The notes beneath the pieces are model-generated. The model was not told the DNA's origin and did no database searches. It saw only the letters and a list, made by a program, of their open reading frames with translations. Both the position numbers and the translations under genes were made by a program. From the IMG/VR virus record IMGVR_UViG_3300038393_001554, positions 1 to 39,339 of that record: a DNA stretch of 39,339 nucleotides; one strand, given 5' to 3'. This DNA is from a virus (lineage: Duplodnaviria; Caudoviricetes). Positions 16,854-24,506 of the stretch are shown piece by piece (the first letter of the stretch is position 1; each line of letters begins with the position of its first letter).

Positions 16854-17225
16854 TCAGTCCTGCGCCTTCTTGAACTCGGTCACGACGTCGGAGAGGTGGT
16901 ACAGCTCGGTGAGCTGGAAGCCGAAGGACGAGTCCAGGACGGTGATCTCGATGGGCTCCTTCTCCGGGAAGAGGAGGCAGAAGTCCACCGGCTGGCCCAC
17001 CAGCGTGGCGGCCTGGTCGATGGTCAGGAGCGGCTCGTGGCACGGGCCGTAGCCGTGGTCCGCCTCGCAGCACCACTGCTCCCAGACGGCCCCGGAGCCA
17101 AGCTGAATGACTCGGCCGTTCTCGCCGGTGATCCGCAGGACGCGGTGGGACTCCCAGATGTCCTCGGCGATCTCGTTCAGGCGGGTCTGGATCAGGTCGT
17201 TCAGGCTGATGGTCGGCTGCGTCAT
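16854..17225 (-). CDS. Hypothetical protein (123 aa)
   Basis: ATGA-coupled ORF with high GC3. Confidence 0.7.
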   Translation of the reverse strand: MTQPTISLNDLIQTRLNEIAEDIWESHRVLRITGENGRVIQLGSGAVWEQWCCEADHGYGPCHEPLLTIDQAATLVGQPVDFCLLFPEKEPIEITVLDSSFGFQLTELYHLSDVVTEFKKAQD

Positions 17226-17473
17226 CGGTCGGTCCCCCCGGGGATGTTGTTGATCTCGTTGAAGGCCGCGACGTCCTCCCAGAAGGTGGTCAGAGCGCGG
17301 TCCTTCTCGTCGCCGTGCAGCTCCCTCAGGGAGCCGTCGGCCTGCTTCTCGAAGACCCGCACCTCGCGGGTCGTGACGGCCTCGATACGGCCGTTCTCGT
17401 GGACCACCAGGTCCTGCACGGTCTCCGGCCCGTAGGCGACGAGGACCTTCTCCAGCGGGTCGGCAGCGCTCAT
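17222..17473 (-). CDS. Hypothetical protein (83 aa)
   Basis: MSAADPLEKV...; ATGA overlaps at both ends. Confidence 0.7.
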   Translation of the reverse strand: MSAADPLEKVLVAYGPETVQDLVVHENGRIEAVTTREVRVFEKQADGSLRELHGDEKDRALTTFWEDVAAFNEINNIPGGTDR

Positions 17474-17922
17474 CGGTATGCCTTCGCTGACACCGCGAGC
17501 CAGAGGCCGTCCCGTCGCATGACCAAGCCCTGCTGATCGAGAGAGGCCAGGGACCGGGCGACGGTCCCCTTGTCCATCCCGAGGGCTCGGGCGATCGTGA
17601 TCTGGCGCTGGAACTGCTCGCTGTTGCGGAGGTACGTCCACACCAGTCGGGCGGCGTGCGTGAGGTCCTGATTGGTCAGGACGTCGGCCAGTACCCGGCT
17701 CTCCTTCGGGTGCTTCATCGACCCGAAGTGCTGGTCCGGCATCAGGACCACACGCATCCGGTCGCCCCCGAACGTGGGGGTCAGCATCGGGCCGTTCTCA
17801 TCGAGCATCAGCTCCACGCCCTCGCGGAACACAGAGCCCAGCTCCTCGTCGGACAGGCTCAGAAGCCCCTTCAGGGGCTCGTGGTGCTCCTCGCCGACCC
17901 AGGCGTTACGGTCGTTCTGCAT
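17470..17922 (-). CDS. Winged-HTH DNA-binding protein
   Basis: LTHAARLVWTYL..QITIARALGMDKGTVARSLASLDQQGLV; TGATG coupling to the antirepressor. Confidence 0.75.
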   Translation of the reverse strand: MQNDRNAWVGEEHHEPLKGLLSLSDEELGSVFREGVELMLDENGPMLTPTFGGDRMRVVLMPDQHFGSMKHPKESRVLADVLTNQDLTHAARLVWTYLRNSEQFQRQITIARALGMDKGTVARSLASLDQQGLVMRRDGLWLAVSAKAYR

Positions 17923-18731
17923 CAGGCACCCCGCCGGAACTCGATCTGGTGGCCGTCGACAACCTCGGACGACGTCAGGGCCAGCCGGCTGGGACCCCGG
18001 GTGATCGAGGGGTTGTGGCGCAGGCCCTCGGAGATGAGCTGCTCGACCAGCTCCTGGATGCGGTCCGGCCGCACGACGGCTCGGCCACGCGGGCGGCCGT
18101 TCACCGGGTACATGTCCTCCGGGAGCTGGAAGAACCGGTCCCCCTTGCCCGCCTTCGGGTGGCCGTGGCGGTAACCGTCCTTGGTGCACTGGCCGTTCGC
18201 GTCCCTGCGGGTGTTGCGCTGGTCCAGCAGGTACCCGTGGTCGTACAGGTGCTGAAAGAAGCGCTTCTCGGGGACGTCGCTGAAGTAGATCTGGCGGAAG
18301 GTCGTGGGCGTCAGGCGCGTGGCCGGGGCGAGCTGACGGACCTCGGCCTGAGTGCGTGCGGCCATGCCCTTGGTCCAGTAGGCGTGGAGGGCCTTCTTGG
18401 ACTCGGTCTGGAAGGCAACGAGCATCGGCCGCAGTTCGGGAGCGACTCGGCTCGCCTGAAGCGTGGCCGCCCACATGATGAAGGTGTCCTCGGGGACGGT
18501 GACCACGTCGCGCGTCTGGTTGTCGCCGGGGAGCTGCATGGTCGTAACGACCACGGAGGCCCAGGGCTGGCGACGGAGCCGCTTCAACTGGCTGGAGTAG
18601 TCGAGCCCGATGGACTCGACGGCGGGCTTGAAGACGACCTGGTTCTCTCCGTCCTCACCACGGACCGACAACAGCGATCCCGTGGAGAGCTGGACAGTGG
18701 CCGGGGGCCTGAGGGGAGCGATGGCGGACAT
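17922..18731 (-). CDS. ant: Phage antirepressor (P22 Ant N-terminal domain, KilAC-like C-terminus)
   Basis: VVFKPAVESIGLDYSSQLKRL..PWAS..MWAATL..RV..RP.L..FQ.E...AL..YWTKG. Confidence 0.85.
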   Translation of the reverse strand: MSAIAPLRPPATVQLSTGSLLSVRGEDGENQVVFKPAVESIGLDYSSQLKRLRRQPWASVVVTTMQLPGDNQTRDVVTVPEDTFIMWAATLQASRVAPELRPMLVAFQTESKKALHAYWTKGMAARTQAEVRQLAPATRLTPTTFRQIYFSDVPEKRFFQHLYDHGYLLDQRNTRRDANGQCTKDGYRHGHPKAGKGDRFFQLPEDMYPVNGRPRGRAVVRPDRIQELVEQLISEGLRHNPSITRGPSRLALTSSEVVDGHQIEFRRGA

Positions 18732-18743
18732 CCGCTATCCCTT

Positions 18744-18824
18744 CGACTCAACGCACGGAGGACATCCCCGTGCGGGGGTCCTCCAGCGGAGTCGGTATCG
18801 CCCTGTGGCGATGCCTCTACATTA
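18744..18824 (-). promoter_or_regulatory. Structured 5' leader and -10 box (TAATGT) of the antirepressor operon
   Basis: Stems cgactc/gagtcg, ggaggac/gtcctcc, cccc/gggg, atcgcc/ggcgat. Confidence 0.45.
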
Positions 18825-18927
18825 CCACCTTGCGGGGGCGGAAAACCGCTTCTCGGCGGCAATGGGCAGCAATTCGTTGACTTTATGACTTCTCTCGGAC
18901 TTTCCTTGGAGAGGCGCCCACTACGAG

Positions 18928-19046
18928 AATTCCTGGGGAATTCTGGATGTTGGCGGATGCGCTACACGCGTGCGTATCCTGACCCCAGAAACGACGAAGC
19001 CCCGGCGGGAACCGGGGCGACGTCAGGCGGCTTTTTAAAAAAGCCG
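18928..19046 (+). promoter_or_regulatory. Rightward promoter/operator region (TTGGCG-N19-TATCCT) with AT-rich palindromes
   Basis: aattcctggggaatt and cggctttttaaaaaagccg; similar to 21113-21160. Confidence 0.45.
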
Positions 19047-19118
19047 GGTTGGTCCGGGAGGGCTCCCACCCTCTCCGAACCGGCAGTCCCCGCACCGCTT
19101 CAAACGACGGGAACCACC

Positions 19119-20360
19119 TTGAACAACTTCGCCGATTCTAGCGGCCAGTCCTCCTCGGGTCACGTTGACCTTGACGCCGTAAACTCCGCCCACCTCGCGG
19201 AGATGGCCACGCGCTCCGTGGGCCGTTCTGAGGTCCTGATGGAGCTGGCGCTCGCCTGGACCGTCACCTGCCGCTGCTACGTCTCCGGCACCCGTGGACT
19301 CGCCCGCTGGGCCGGGATGGGAGACCAGGCGGTCCGTCAGGCCGTTGCCCAGGACGGCCAGGTGTCCCAGTACGGCTTCATCTGGACCAAGACCCGTGGG
19401 ACCTCCTCGGCCTCCGTCGAAGAGCGCGAGGACATGGAGATCCGCTTCCGCTCGAATAGCGGCGGTCGTCACCGCAGTACCTCACCTAAAGACCTTCAGG
19501 CCCCTGGCCCCCTGGGGGGTGCCCTGGCCCTGGGGGAGGGAGAGAAGAAGATCTTGGGGGGTAATGCGGTGACCACCGCCGCAATCAGCGAGAGGGCCCA
19601 GGAGGTCCTGGCCAGGGGGACGAAGACGCTCTCCGGCCTGGACACGCTGAAGGGCCAGACGGCCAAGGCGGAGATCCTGCGGGCCTTGGACCCCTCCCTG
19701 GACGTCTGGGCCGAGATCCACGGAGAGGGCCCGGACTTCGCCCTGGGCCGGAGGGCCTGGCACCTCGCGGTGCTCTGCGGGCTGGAGGACGTGGTCCTCT
19801 CCTCCCAGGACATCGCCGAGCTGCTGGGCGTGGCCCAGAAGACCGTCAGGGACCTCCTGGCCCGCATGGCCAAGGTGAACTGCCTCCTGGTCCGGAAGGT
19901 CCGTCAGGGCCGCTCGTTCGTCTATGAGATCCGCTGGGCCCAGGTCTTCCGCCAGGACGGCGAGTACTGGGACGACCGGGTCTGCCGTCACCGGGTCCGC
20001 GACAGCAGGGCCGAGCGGGACCGGAAGCTCCAGGAGGTTTCGGCCCGCCGGGGCACCCCGGCCGGGTTCCTGGCCTACCGCCTCAGCAAGGCCAACCCGA
20101 AGCGGGACGCGTACCTCGCCGACAACCCCCTCCCGATGGACGCCGACAAGGCCTGGAAGGCCCTCGTGGAGGCCGGGGACGAGCTGGCCTTGTACGAGCA
20201 CCTGCGGGCCCAGGAGGCCGAGGCGGGGCCTGTCCCGAGCACCCCGGAGGCGCTTGCGACTCCGACGTCCGGAGTCGCAAAGACCCAGCCGGCTCGCGAG
20301 GTCGACCCTGAGGAGCTGGCCGCCAGGCGGGCCCGCATCTGCGCCAGTACGTACGCGTAA
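19119..20360 (+). CDS. Putative replication initiator with two HTH-like regions
   Basis: GTRGLARWAGMGDQAVRQA and LSSQDIAELLGVAQKTVRDLLARM..VRQGRSFVY; internal inverted repeat; start uncertain (TTG 19119 or ATG 19203). Confidence 0.5.
   Translation: MNNFADSSGQSSSGHVDLDAVNSAHLAEMATRSVGRSEVLMELALAWTVTCRCYVSGTRGLARWAGMGDQAVRQAVAQDGQVSQYGFIWTKTRGTSSASVEEREDMEIRFRSNSGGRHRSTSPKDLQAPGPLGGALALGEGEKKILGGNAVTTAAISERAQEVLARGTKTLSGLDTLKGQTAKAEILRALDPSLDVWAEIHGEGPDFALGRRAWHLAVLCGLEDVVLSSQDIAELLGVAQKTVRDLLARMAKVNCLLVRKVRQGRSFVYEIRWAQVFRQDGEYWDDRVCRHRVRDSRAERDRKLQEVSARRGTPAGFLAYRLSKANPKRDAYLADNPLPMDADKAWKALVEAGDELALYEHLRAQEAEAGPVPSTPEALATPTSGVAKTQPAREVDPEELAARRARICASTYA
19459..19582. repeat. 23-bp inverted repeat (21 of 23) inside the putative rep gene; candidate origin
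   Basis: gcggcggtcgtcaccgcagtacc / ggtaatgcggtgaccaccgccgc. Confidence 0.7.
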
Positions 20361-20361
20361 A

Positions 20362-20413
20362 TACATGCGCATGTACATGCGTTGCATGTATGATCGGCAC
20401 ATGCAGCGCATGT
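20362..20413 (+). promoter_or_regulatory. Three ACATGC-(N0/N3)-GCATGT palindromes around a leaderless promoter (TATGAT 20389-20394)
   Basis: Palindromes at 20362-20375, 20374-20390 and 20399-20413; ATG 6 nt after the -10 box, no RBS. Confidence 0.7.
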
Positions 20414-21099
20414 ACAAGACTCGTGAGATGCAGACCAAGGCCAAGGAGATCCTGGACGCCGTTGACGCGGGTGAGGAAGTGCAGATCACCCGTAACGGCA
20501 GGGTCTACAGGGTCGTCCTCGCGGAAGGTGAACCGGTCCGGGCCGAGCCCAGGGACGACCTCCTGGCCACGCTGGTCGAGCAGGGCTCCCAGCAGATCGA
20601 CCTGCTCCGCCAGCTCGTGGAGCACAAGGACACTGTCCTGGATGACCTGGTCAAGCAGACCAAGGCCCAGCCCGCCGAAGTTGCCACCTCCGGCATCGTG
20701 ACGGCCCGGGTGGACGAGGAGCACGAGCCCGCCACGGAGCCCCAGGAGCGGCCCACGGTGGTCATCCCGGAGCGTGTGGAGGACCCGAAGCCCGAGCCGC
20801 CCGGCGAGCCCACCCAGGGCGAACTGAGGACGGCCCATGAGTACTTCGGGCTCCGGGAGACCACGGGCGGCCTGGACATCACGGAGAAGGGCATCCAGAG
20901 CGCCCTGAGCACCGTGAAGAAGATTGCCCGTCAGGATCCTGAGTCGGCTGAGGCCAAGGTGATGGTGATGGGCGCGGCTGACGAGGACAGGATCGAGTTC
21001 CTGCGGTGCGTCCAGATCGACAAGCTCACGAAGGCCTTGGCCAAGAGGGCGGCCGGTGACCCGAAGTGGCTCGGTATGGCGACCCCTCCTCGTTTTTAA
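20401..21099 (+). CDS. Phd/YefM-like N-terminal DNA-binding domain protein with long C-terminal extension (232 aa)
   Basis: YKTREMQTKAKEILDAVDAGEEVQITRNGRVYRVV resembles the Phd/YefM N-domain. Confidence 0.7.
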   Translation: MQRMYKTREMQTKAKEILDAVDAGEEVQITRNGRVYRVVLAEGEPVRAEPRDDLLATLVEQGSQQIDLLRQLVEHKDTVLDDLVKQTKAQPAEVATSGIVTARVDEEHEPATEPQERPTVVIPERVEDPKPEPPGEPTQGELRTAHEYFGLRETTGGLDITEKGIQSALSTVKKIARQDPESAEAKVMVMGAADEDRIEFLRCVQIDKLTKALAKRAAGDPKWLGMATPPRF

Positions 21100-21248
21100 A
21101 TTCCTCCCTCCTCAGGAATTCCTGGAGCATTAGCGGAGCCGCCAAAGATTCCGCTACTCTCCCCCTCGCAGGCCCTCTCCGGACTTCACCCCGGCGAGGG
21201 CCTGGCGCCGTTCAAGACCACCAAGGAATTTAAAAAGGGGGAGGGATC
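21081..21248. repeat. 25-bp imperfect inverted repeat (13-bp perfect core) enclosing a promoter
   Basis: tttttaaattcct 21093-21105 / aggaatttaaaaa 21224-21236; TTAGCG-N19-TACTCT lies inside. Confidence 0.7.
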
Positions 21249-21491
21249 ATGCCGCTGAGTCACGCCGTCCTGAGTCAGGACGAGTACGTGAACTGCATCC
21301 AGTGCGGTTCCGTCTGGGAGGCCGCCGTGTACGACGGCTCCAACGGCCTCGGCGGCACCTACTCCGAGACCTTCACGTACCACTGCCCAGGCCCGGACGG
21401 ATACCACGTCCCGGAATGCACCTGCGCCTGTTGCGTGTACGGCGAGTGCGGCCATGACAGCGACAAGACGTGCTTCGACCCGAGCCGCTGA
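21249..21491 (+). CDS. Cys-rich hypothetical protein (80 aa)
   Basis: GGGGAGG RBS; CxxC and CTCACC. Confidence 0.65.
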   Translation: MPLSHAVLSQDEYVNCIQCGSVWEAAVYDGSNGLGGTYSETFTYHCPGPDGYHVPECTCACCVYGECGHDSDKTCFDPSR

Positions 21492-21500
21492 GGGGGATTC

Positions 21501-21629
21501 ATGGCGGATTGCTGGACCTGTAACGACGGGGAATTCGAATGCCCCGACCCGTGCCCGTTCATCGCCCCCGGGAGCCTTTCGGACCAGGCGCTGGGCGAGC
21601 TGATGGAACAGGGGGAGATCAATGAGTGA
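21501..21629 (+). CDS. Cys-rich peptide (42 aa)
   Basis: MADCWTCNDGEFECPDPCPF...; GAGGGGG RBS. Confidence 0.55.
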   Translation: MADCWTCNDGEFECPDPCPFIAPGSLSDQALGELMEQGEINE

Positions 21630-21858
21630 GTGGCATCAGCACGGCCACTACGAGACCGATGGCGGCGACCGCGTCACCCTGATGGTGGGTGGCAATGAGT
21701 GGGTCGTCTGCTGGAGCTACGGCTTCCCGCACAACGGCCTCCAGGTCGTCTCGTACGGCGAGAGCGGCCCCCAGGCCATCCAGGCGTTCCGGACCTCTCG
21801 GGAGGGCAAGAACCTGGTCTTCGACTCCCGCGAGCAGTGGCAGAACGGGAGTGTCTGA
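21622..21858 (+). CDS. Hypothetical protein (78 aa)
   Basis: GGGGGAG RBS; overlaps the upstream stop. Confidence 0.65.
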   Translation: MSEWHQHGHYETDGGDRVTLMVGGNEWVVCWSYGFPHNGLQVVSYGESGPQAIQAFRTSREGKNLVFDSREQWQNGSV

Positions 21859-21859
21859 G

Positions 21860-22036
21860 ATGGCGAATGGTGAGCAGCTCTACATGGCCACCGCCTTCTG
21901 TAGTGCGCCGGAGTTCGCGCCCCGTCAGGGCGTCGTGTACATCGTCACCGACCTGACCGAGGAGCAGAAGGACGCTCTGGTGGCCCGGGAGGCCGAGAAC
22001 AACCCCGACTACTGGGTGAGGGTGGACTACCAGTGA
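21860..22036 (+). CDS. Hypothetical protein (58 aa)
   Basis: MANGEQLYMATAF...; starts 1 nt after the upstream stop. Confidence 0.6.
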   Translation: MANGEQLYMATAFCSAPEFAPRQGVVYIVTDLTEEQKDALVAREAENNPDYWVRVDYQ

Positions 22037-22203
22037 GCCGTGCAGTGTGCTCCGAGTGCGGCGAGCCGGCTGTCCAGGCCGAGCCGACGTCGTGGACCCC
22101 CGCCTGGGGCAACCCGCCCCAGTGGTCCCACGAGGACGGAGAGCCGCTGTGCCCCGTCGTCGGCGACAACGGATACGAGCCGTGCCAGCCGGAGTTCGAG
22201 TAG
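22033..22203 (+). CDS. Cys-containing hypothetical protein (56 aa)
   Basis: MSRAVCSECGEP...WSHEDGEPLCPVVG..GYEPCQP; GTGA overlap; abuts xis. Confidence 0.6.
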   Translation: MSRAVCSECGEPAVQAEPTSWTPAWGNPPQWSHEDGEPLCPVVGDNGYEPCQPEFE

Positions 22204-22476
22204 ATGGACGCGCCCAAGCTGCACACCTATCAGGAGGCCGCGGTGATACTCCGGCAGCCCTCGGACTGGTGGCTGCGCCGGAACATCTCCAAGCTGCCGC
22301 ACGTCAAGATCGGACGTCAGGTCCTGTTCACCGACGACGACTTGGCCGCCATTCTTAAGATTTGCCGGGTGCGCTCCGCTCCGGTAGAGGGCCCCGAGGC
22401 TCCTCCCGCGCCCGTCCCCGTCGTCCCGCTCCCCGGCCTGGTCCCCTCCCGGGCCCGGAGGCGCAAGACGGGCTGA
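22204..22476 (+). CDS. xis: Excisionase (HTH_17-like)
   Basis: LHTYQEAA.IL..WLRRN..LPHVKIGRQVLFTDDDL; adjacent to the integrase. Confidence 0.8.
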   Translation: MDAPKLHTYQEAAVILRQPSDWWLRRNISKLPHVKIGRQVLFTDDDLAAILKICRVRSAPVEGPEAPPAPVPVVPLPGLVPSRARRRKTG

Positions 22477-22485
22477 TGGACACGA

Positions 22486-22523
22486 CGAAGCCCCTGACCG
22501 ACTCCATCCGGTCAGGGGCTTCG
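22486..22523. terminator. Bidirectional terminator between convergent xis and int
   Basis: 15-bp perfect stem cgaagcccctgaccg/cggtcaggggcttcg. Confidence 0.8.
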
Positions 22524-22535
22524 CTGTGCTCGGGG

Positions 22536-23783
22536 TCAGGAGGCCAGGCGCAGTGCCTGACGCTGGCCCGTCATCGCGGCCTCCACGGCTGCGGCCACCT
22601 CGTCATCGAGCTGCTGCACCAGGTGCCCGTACCGGTCCACGGTGGTGGTGATGGACTCGTGGCCCAGCCGGGCCTGGATGGCGGGCAGCGGCACGTTGGC
22701 GGCGATCAGCCAGGACACGTGGGTGTGCCTCAGGTCGTGGGGCCGGGGCTTCTTCGTGAGGCCGTTGTCCTGGGCCAGCACCACAGCCGGCTGCCACCGG
22801 CGGTAGTAGAAGTTCGCGTGGCGCCACGCCTTGCCCCAGGCCGTGGTGAAGACGAAGTCCTCGGCCTTCTTGCCCGCGATGTTCCGCTCGATGATCTCGA
22901 CCAGGGCGGGGGAGAGGACGACGCTCCTGCGGGACTTCTTGGTCTTGGGCTTGCCGAGCAGGAAGGTGTTGTCCTCCTGACGCTTCCACGCGCGCTGGAC
23001 CCGCAGGACCTTGTGGTCACCCCGGATGGTGATGTCCCGGACCTGGAGGGCGGAGATCTCGCCCCAGCGCAGCCCGGTGCCCACCATGACGTCGATCAGG
23101 TCGACGGCGTCGCCCTTGCAGATCTTCGCCATGGCGGAATGGATCAGCTCGAACTCTTCGCGCTCCAGGAAGACCATCTCGTCTTCGATCCCGTCGTCCA
23201 CGCGGGGGAGCCGGGTCTTGGAGCAGGGGTTCGCAGCCCTCAGCGCGGGCTGGGCCTCGACAGCGGACTGGAAGATCCCGTACAGGAGGCCGTGGAGGTT
23301 GGCGAGGGTCTTCGGGCTCACCGGCTTCCGGACCCACTCCTCTTTATTCTTCTTGTCGCGCTCTCCGGACTCCAGGGCGTTGACCCACCGGCGGATGTCG
23401 CTGGGGGTGATCGCGTCAGGGTCACAGATGTCCCTCTCCCCGAAGAAGGGGAGGAAGTGGTTCTTGATGTCCCGGCGGTAGTCGTGCCGGGTTCGGACCT
23501 CCACGCCGGTGAGGGTCTCCACGAAGTGCTCCGCCCAAGTGGCGAAGGTCACGACGCTCTTGTCCTTCTCGCCTTCGCCGGGCTGGACGAACCCCTCGCC
23601 CTTGACCCACCCCGGAGGCCAGTGCTGCCCGTGGGCGTCCACGAGCGCCTTGAACTGAACGGCCTCCGGCTCGGAGTCGAAGACCTCGGACTGAGGGGCC
23701 CCCTCGCGGGAGCCGCCCTCACGCCAGCGGACCTGATGTGCGGTGCTGCCGTCCTTGCGGACGCGCTGTCGGATGCTCGCCAT
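22536..23783 (-). CDS. int: Tyrosine integrase
   Basis: TGLRWGE, PKTK, HDLRH, RLGHESITTTVDRYGH catalytic motifs. Confidence 0.96.
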   Translation of the reverse strand: MASIRQRVRKDGSTAHQVRWREGGSREGAPQSEVFDSEPEAVQFKALVDAHGQHWPPGWVKGEGFVQPGEGEKDKSVVTFATWAEHFVETLTGVEVRTRHDYRRDIKNHFLPFFGERDICDPDAITPSDIRRWVNALESGERDKKNKEEWVRKPVSPKTLANLHGLLYGIFQSAVEAQPALRAANPCSKTRLPRVDDGIEDEMVFLEREEFELIHSAMAKICKGDAVDLIDVMVGTGLRWGEISALQVRDITIRGDHKVLRVQRAWKRQEDNTFLLGKPKTKKSRRSVVLSPALVEIIERNIAGKKAEDFVFTTAWGKAWRHANFYYRRWQPAVVLAQDNGLTKKPRPHDLRHTHVSWLIAANVPLPAIQARLGHESITTTVDRYGHLVQQLDDEVAAAVEAAMTGQRQALRLAS

Positions 23784-23848
23784 GTGGGGACCGTAGAGCC
23801 CTTCTCAAGATCCCGGGTGGCCACCGGTGTGGCCATAGAGGCAACGAA

Positions 23849-23887
23849 AGAGGCCGACGACCGCGTTAGTGCAGGTCATCGGCCTCT
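23849..23887 (-). terminator. Terminator downstream of the tRNA fragment
   Basis: agaggccgacgacc/ggtcatcggcctct stem followed by TTCGTT on the minus strand. Confidence 0.7.
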
Positions 23888-23894
23888 CAGAAGA

Positions 23895-23918
23895 GGGTGA
23901 GTGACGGGACTCGAACCC
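23895..23918 (-). other. attP core = 3' end of a tRNA (probably tRNA-His)
   Basis: GGGTTCGAGTCCCGTCACTCACCC: T-arm plus acceptor 3' strand, resembling actinobacterial tRNA-His from memory; no 5' half present. Confidence 0.8.
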
Positions 23919-24067
23919 AATCTTTTGCAGAAGGTTGACCTGGGGCTATACCCAAAAGCGGACATCTGGGTTGCATTGGGCGTCCTCTCGATTGCGCTGG
24001 ATGTCGGCCGTGTGGCCACGCGTGTGGCCACGTCCACACCATCGCGAGGGTGATCACTCATGCATGA

Positions 24068-24103
24068 AAGAGCCCCGACCGTCCGGAGACGACCGGGGCT
24101 CTT
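24068..24103. terminator. Terminator ending the leftward GntR-divergent operon
   Basis: aagagccccg/cggggctctt stem. Confidence 0.65.
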
Positions 24104-24127
24104 CTCACCTCACGGGGCCGGGGACCG

Positions 24128-24310
24128 CTATGTCATGACCCCGTGAGGGAGTGTGGGCGTGGGGGCGTGCTGGCCCACGAGGACATCGAGCGCGTGGAGG
24201 AAGGCGGTGTGGGTCCCGGCGTCGTGAGCCGCCCGGATCACCTCGTCCAGGAACTCGTACGCCTGCTCGTCGGTCAGGTCGCCCAACCAGGGGAAGGCGC
24301 TGCTGTGCAC
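24128..24310 (-). CDS. Hypothetical protein (60 aa)
   Basis: GTG start with GAGGG RBS; FPWL..L.D...EFL.E pattern. Confidence 0.55.
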   Translation of the reverse strand: MHSSAFPWLGDLTDEQAYEFLDEVIRAAHDAGTHTAFLHALDVLVGQHAPTPTLPHGVMT

Positions 24311-24317
24311 GGCACCC

Positions 24318-24506
24318 TCACGGGCCCTGTGGAGCGTCGCCCGGAGCCGACTCCTGGGTGTTGTGGGGGAGGCCCGGCTCGGACAGCAGGTCGTCCCATT
24401 CGAAGTGCGCGGAGTTCCACAGCAGGGTCACGCCGTGCTCTTGGCAGTAGGCCCCCGTTTCATCCTCGACCGGGAACTCGTGGTCACCGTGGATGCACTT
24501 GGTCAT
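24318..24506 (-). CDS. Small Cys/His protein (62 aa)
   Basis: MTKCIHGDHEFPVEDETGAYCQEHG; GGAGG RBS; ATGA overlap. Confidence 0.6.
   Translation of the reverse strand: MTKCIHGDHEFPVEDETGAYCQEHGVTLLWNSAHFEWDDLLSEPGLPHNTQESAPGDAPQGP

Larger units (their letters stand above)
23817..24031. mobile_element. attP region with integrase arm-type sites
   Basis: GTGGCCA(C/T) pairs with 12-bp period at 23817/23829 and 24012/24024 flanking the core. Confidence 0.8.

Noticed and set aside
17949-19118. N-terminal 390 aa of the 803-aa ORF
   Set aside because: Antisense to the antirepressor and crosses the regulatory region; the real gene probably starts at 19119 or later
20362-20413. CRISPR-like array
   Set aside because: Short overlapping palindromes without unique spacers; no cas genes
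20401-21491. Complete type II toxin-antitoxin pair
   Set aside because: No PIN, RelE/YoeB or Fic/Doc motif is recognisable in neighbouring ORFs
22362-23900. 512-aa + strand ORF
   Set aside because: Shadow of the integrase
23895-23960. Complete tRNA gene
   Set aside because: Only the T-arm and acceptor 3' strand are present; upstream sequence gives no anticodon arm, D arm or matching 5' acceptor strand
24302-24313. Further GntR operator (gctgtgcacggc), and tgtgcgcag at 28652-28660
   Set aside because: Only the GC-rich core matches, without the AT-rich flanks or promoter context; likely chance
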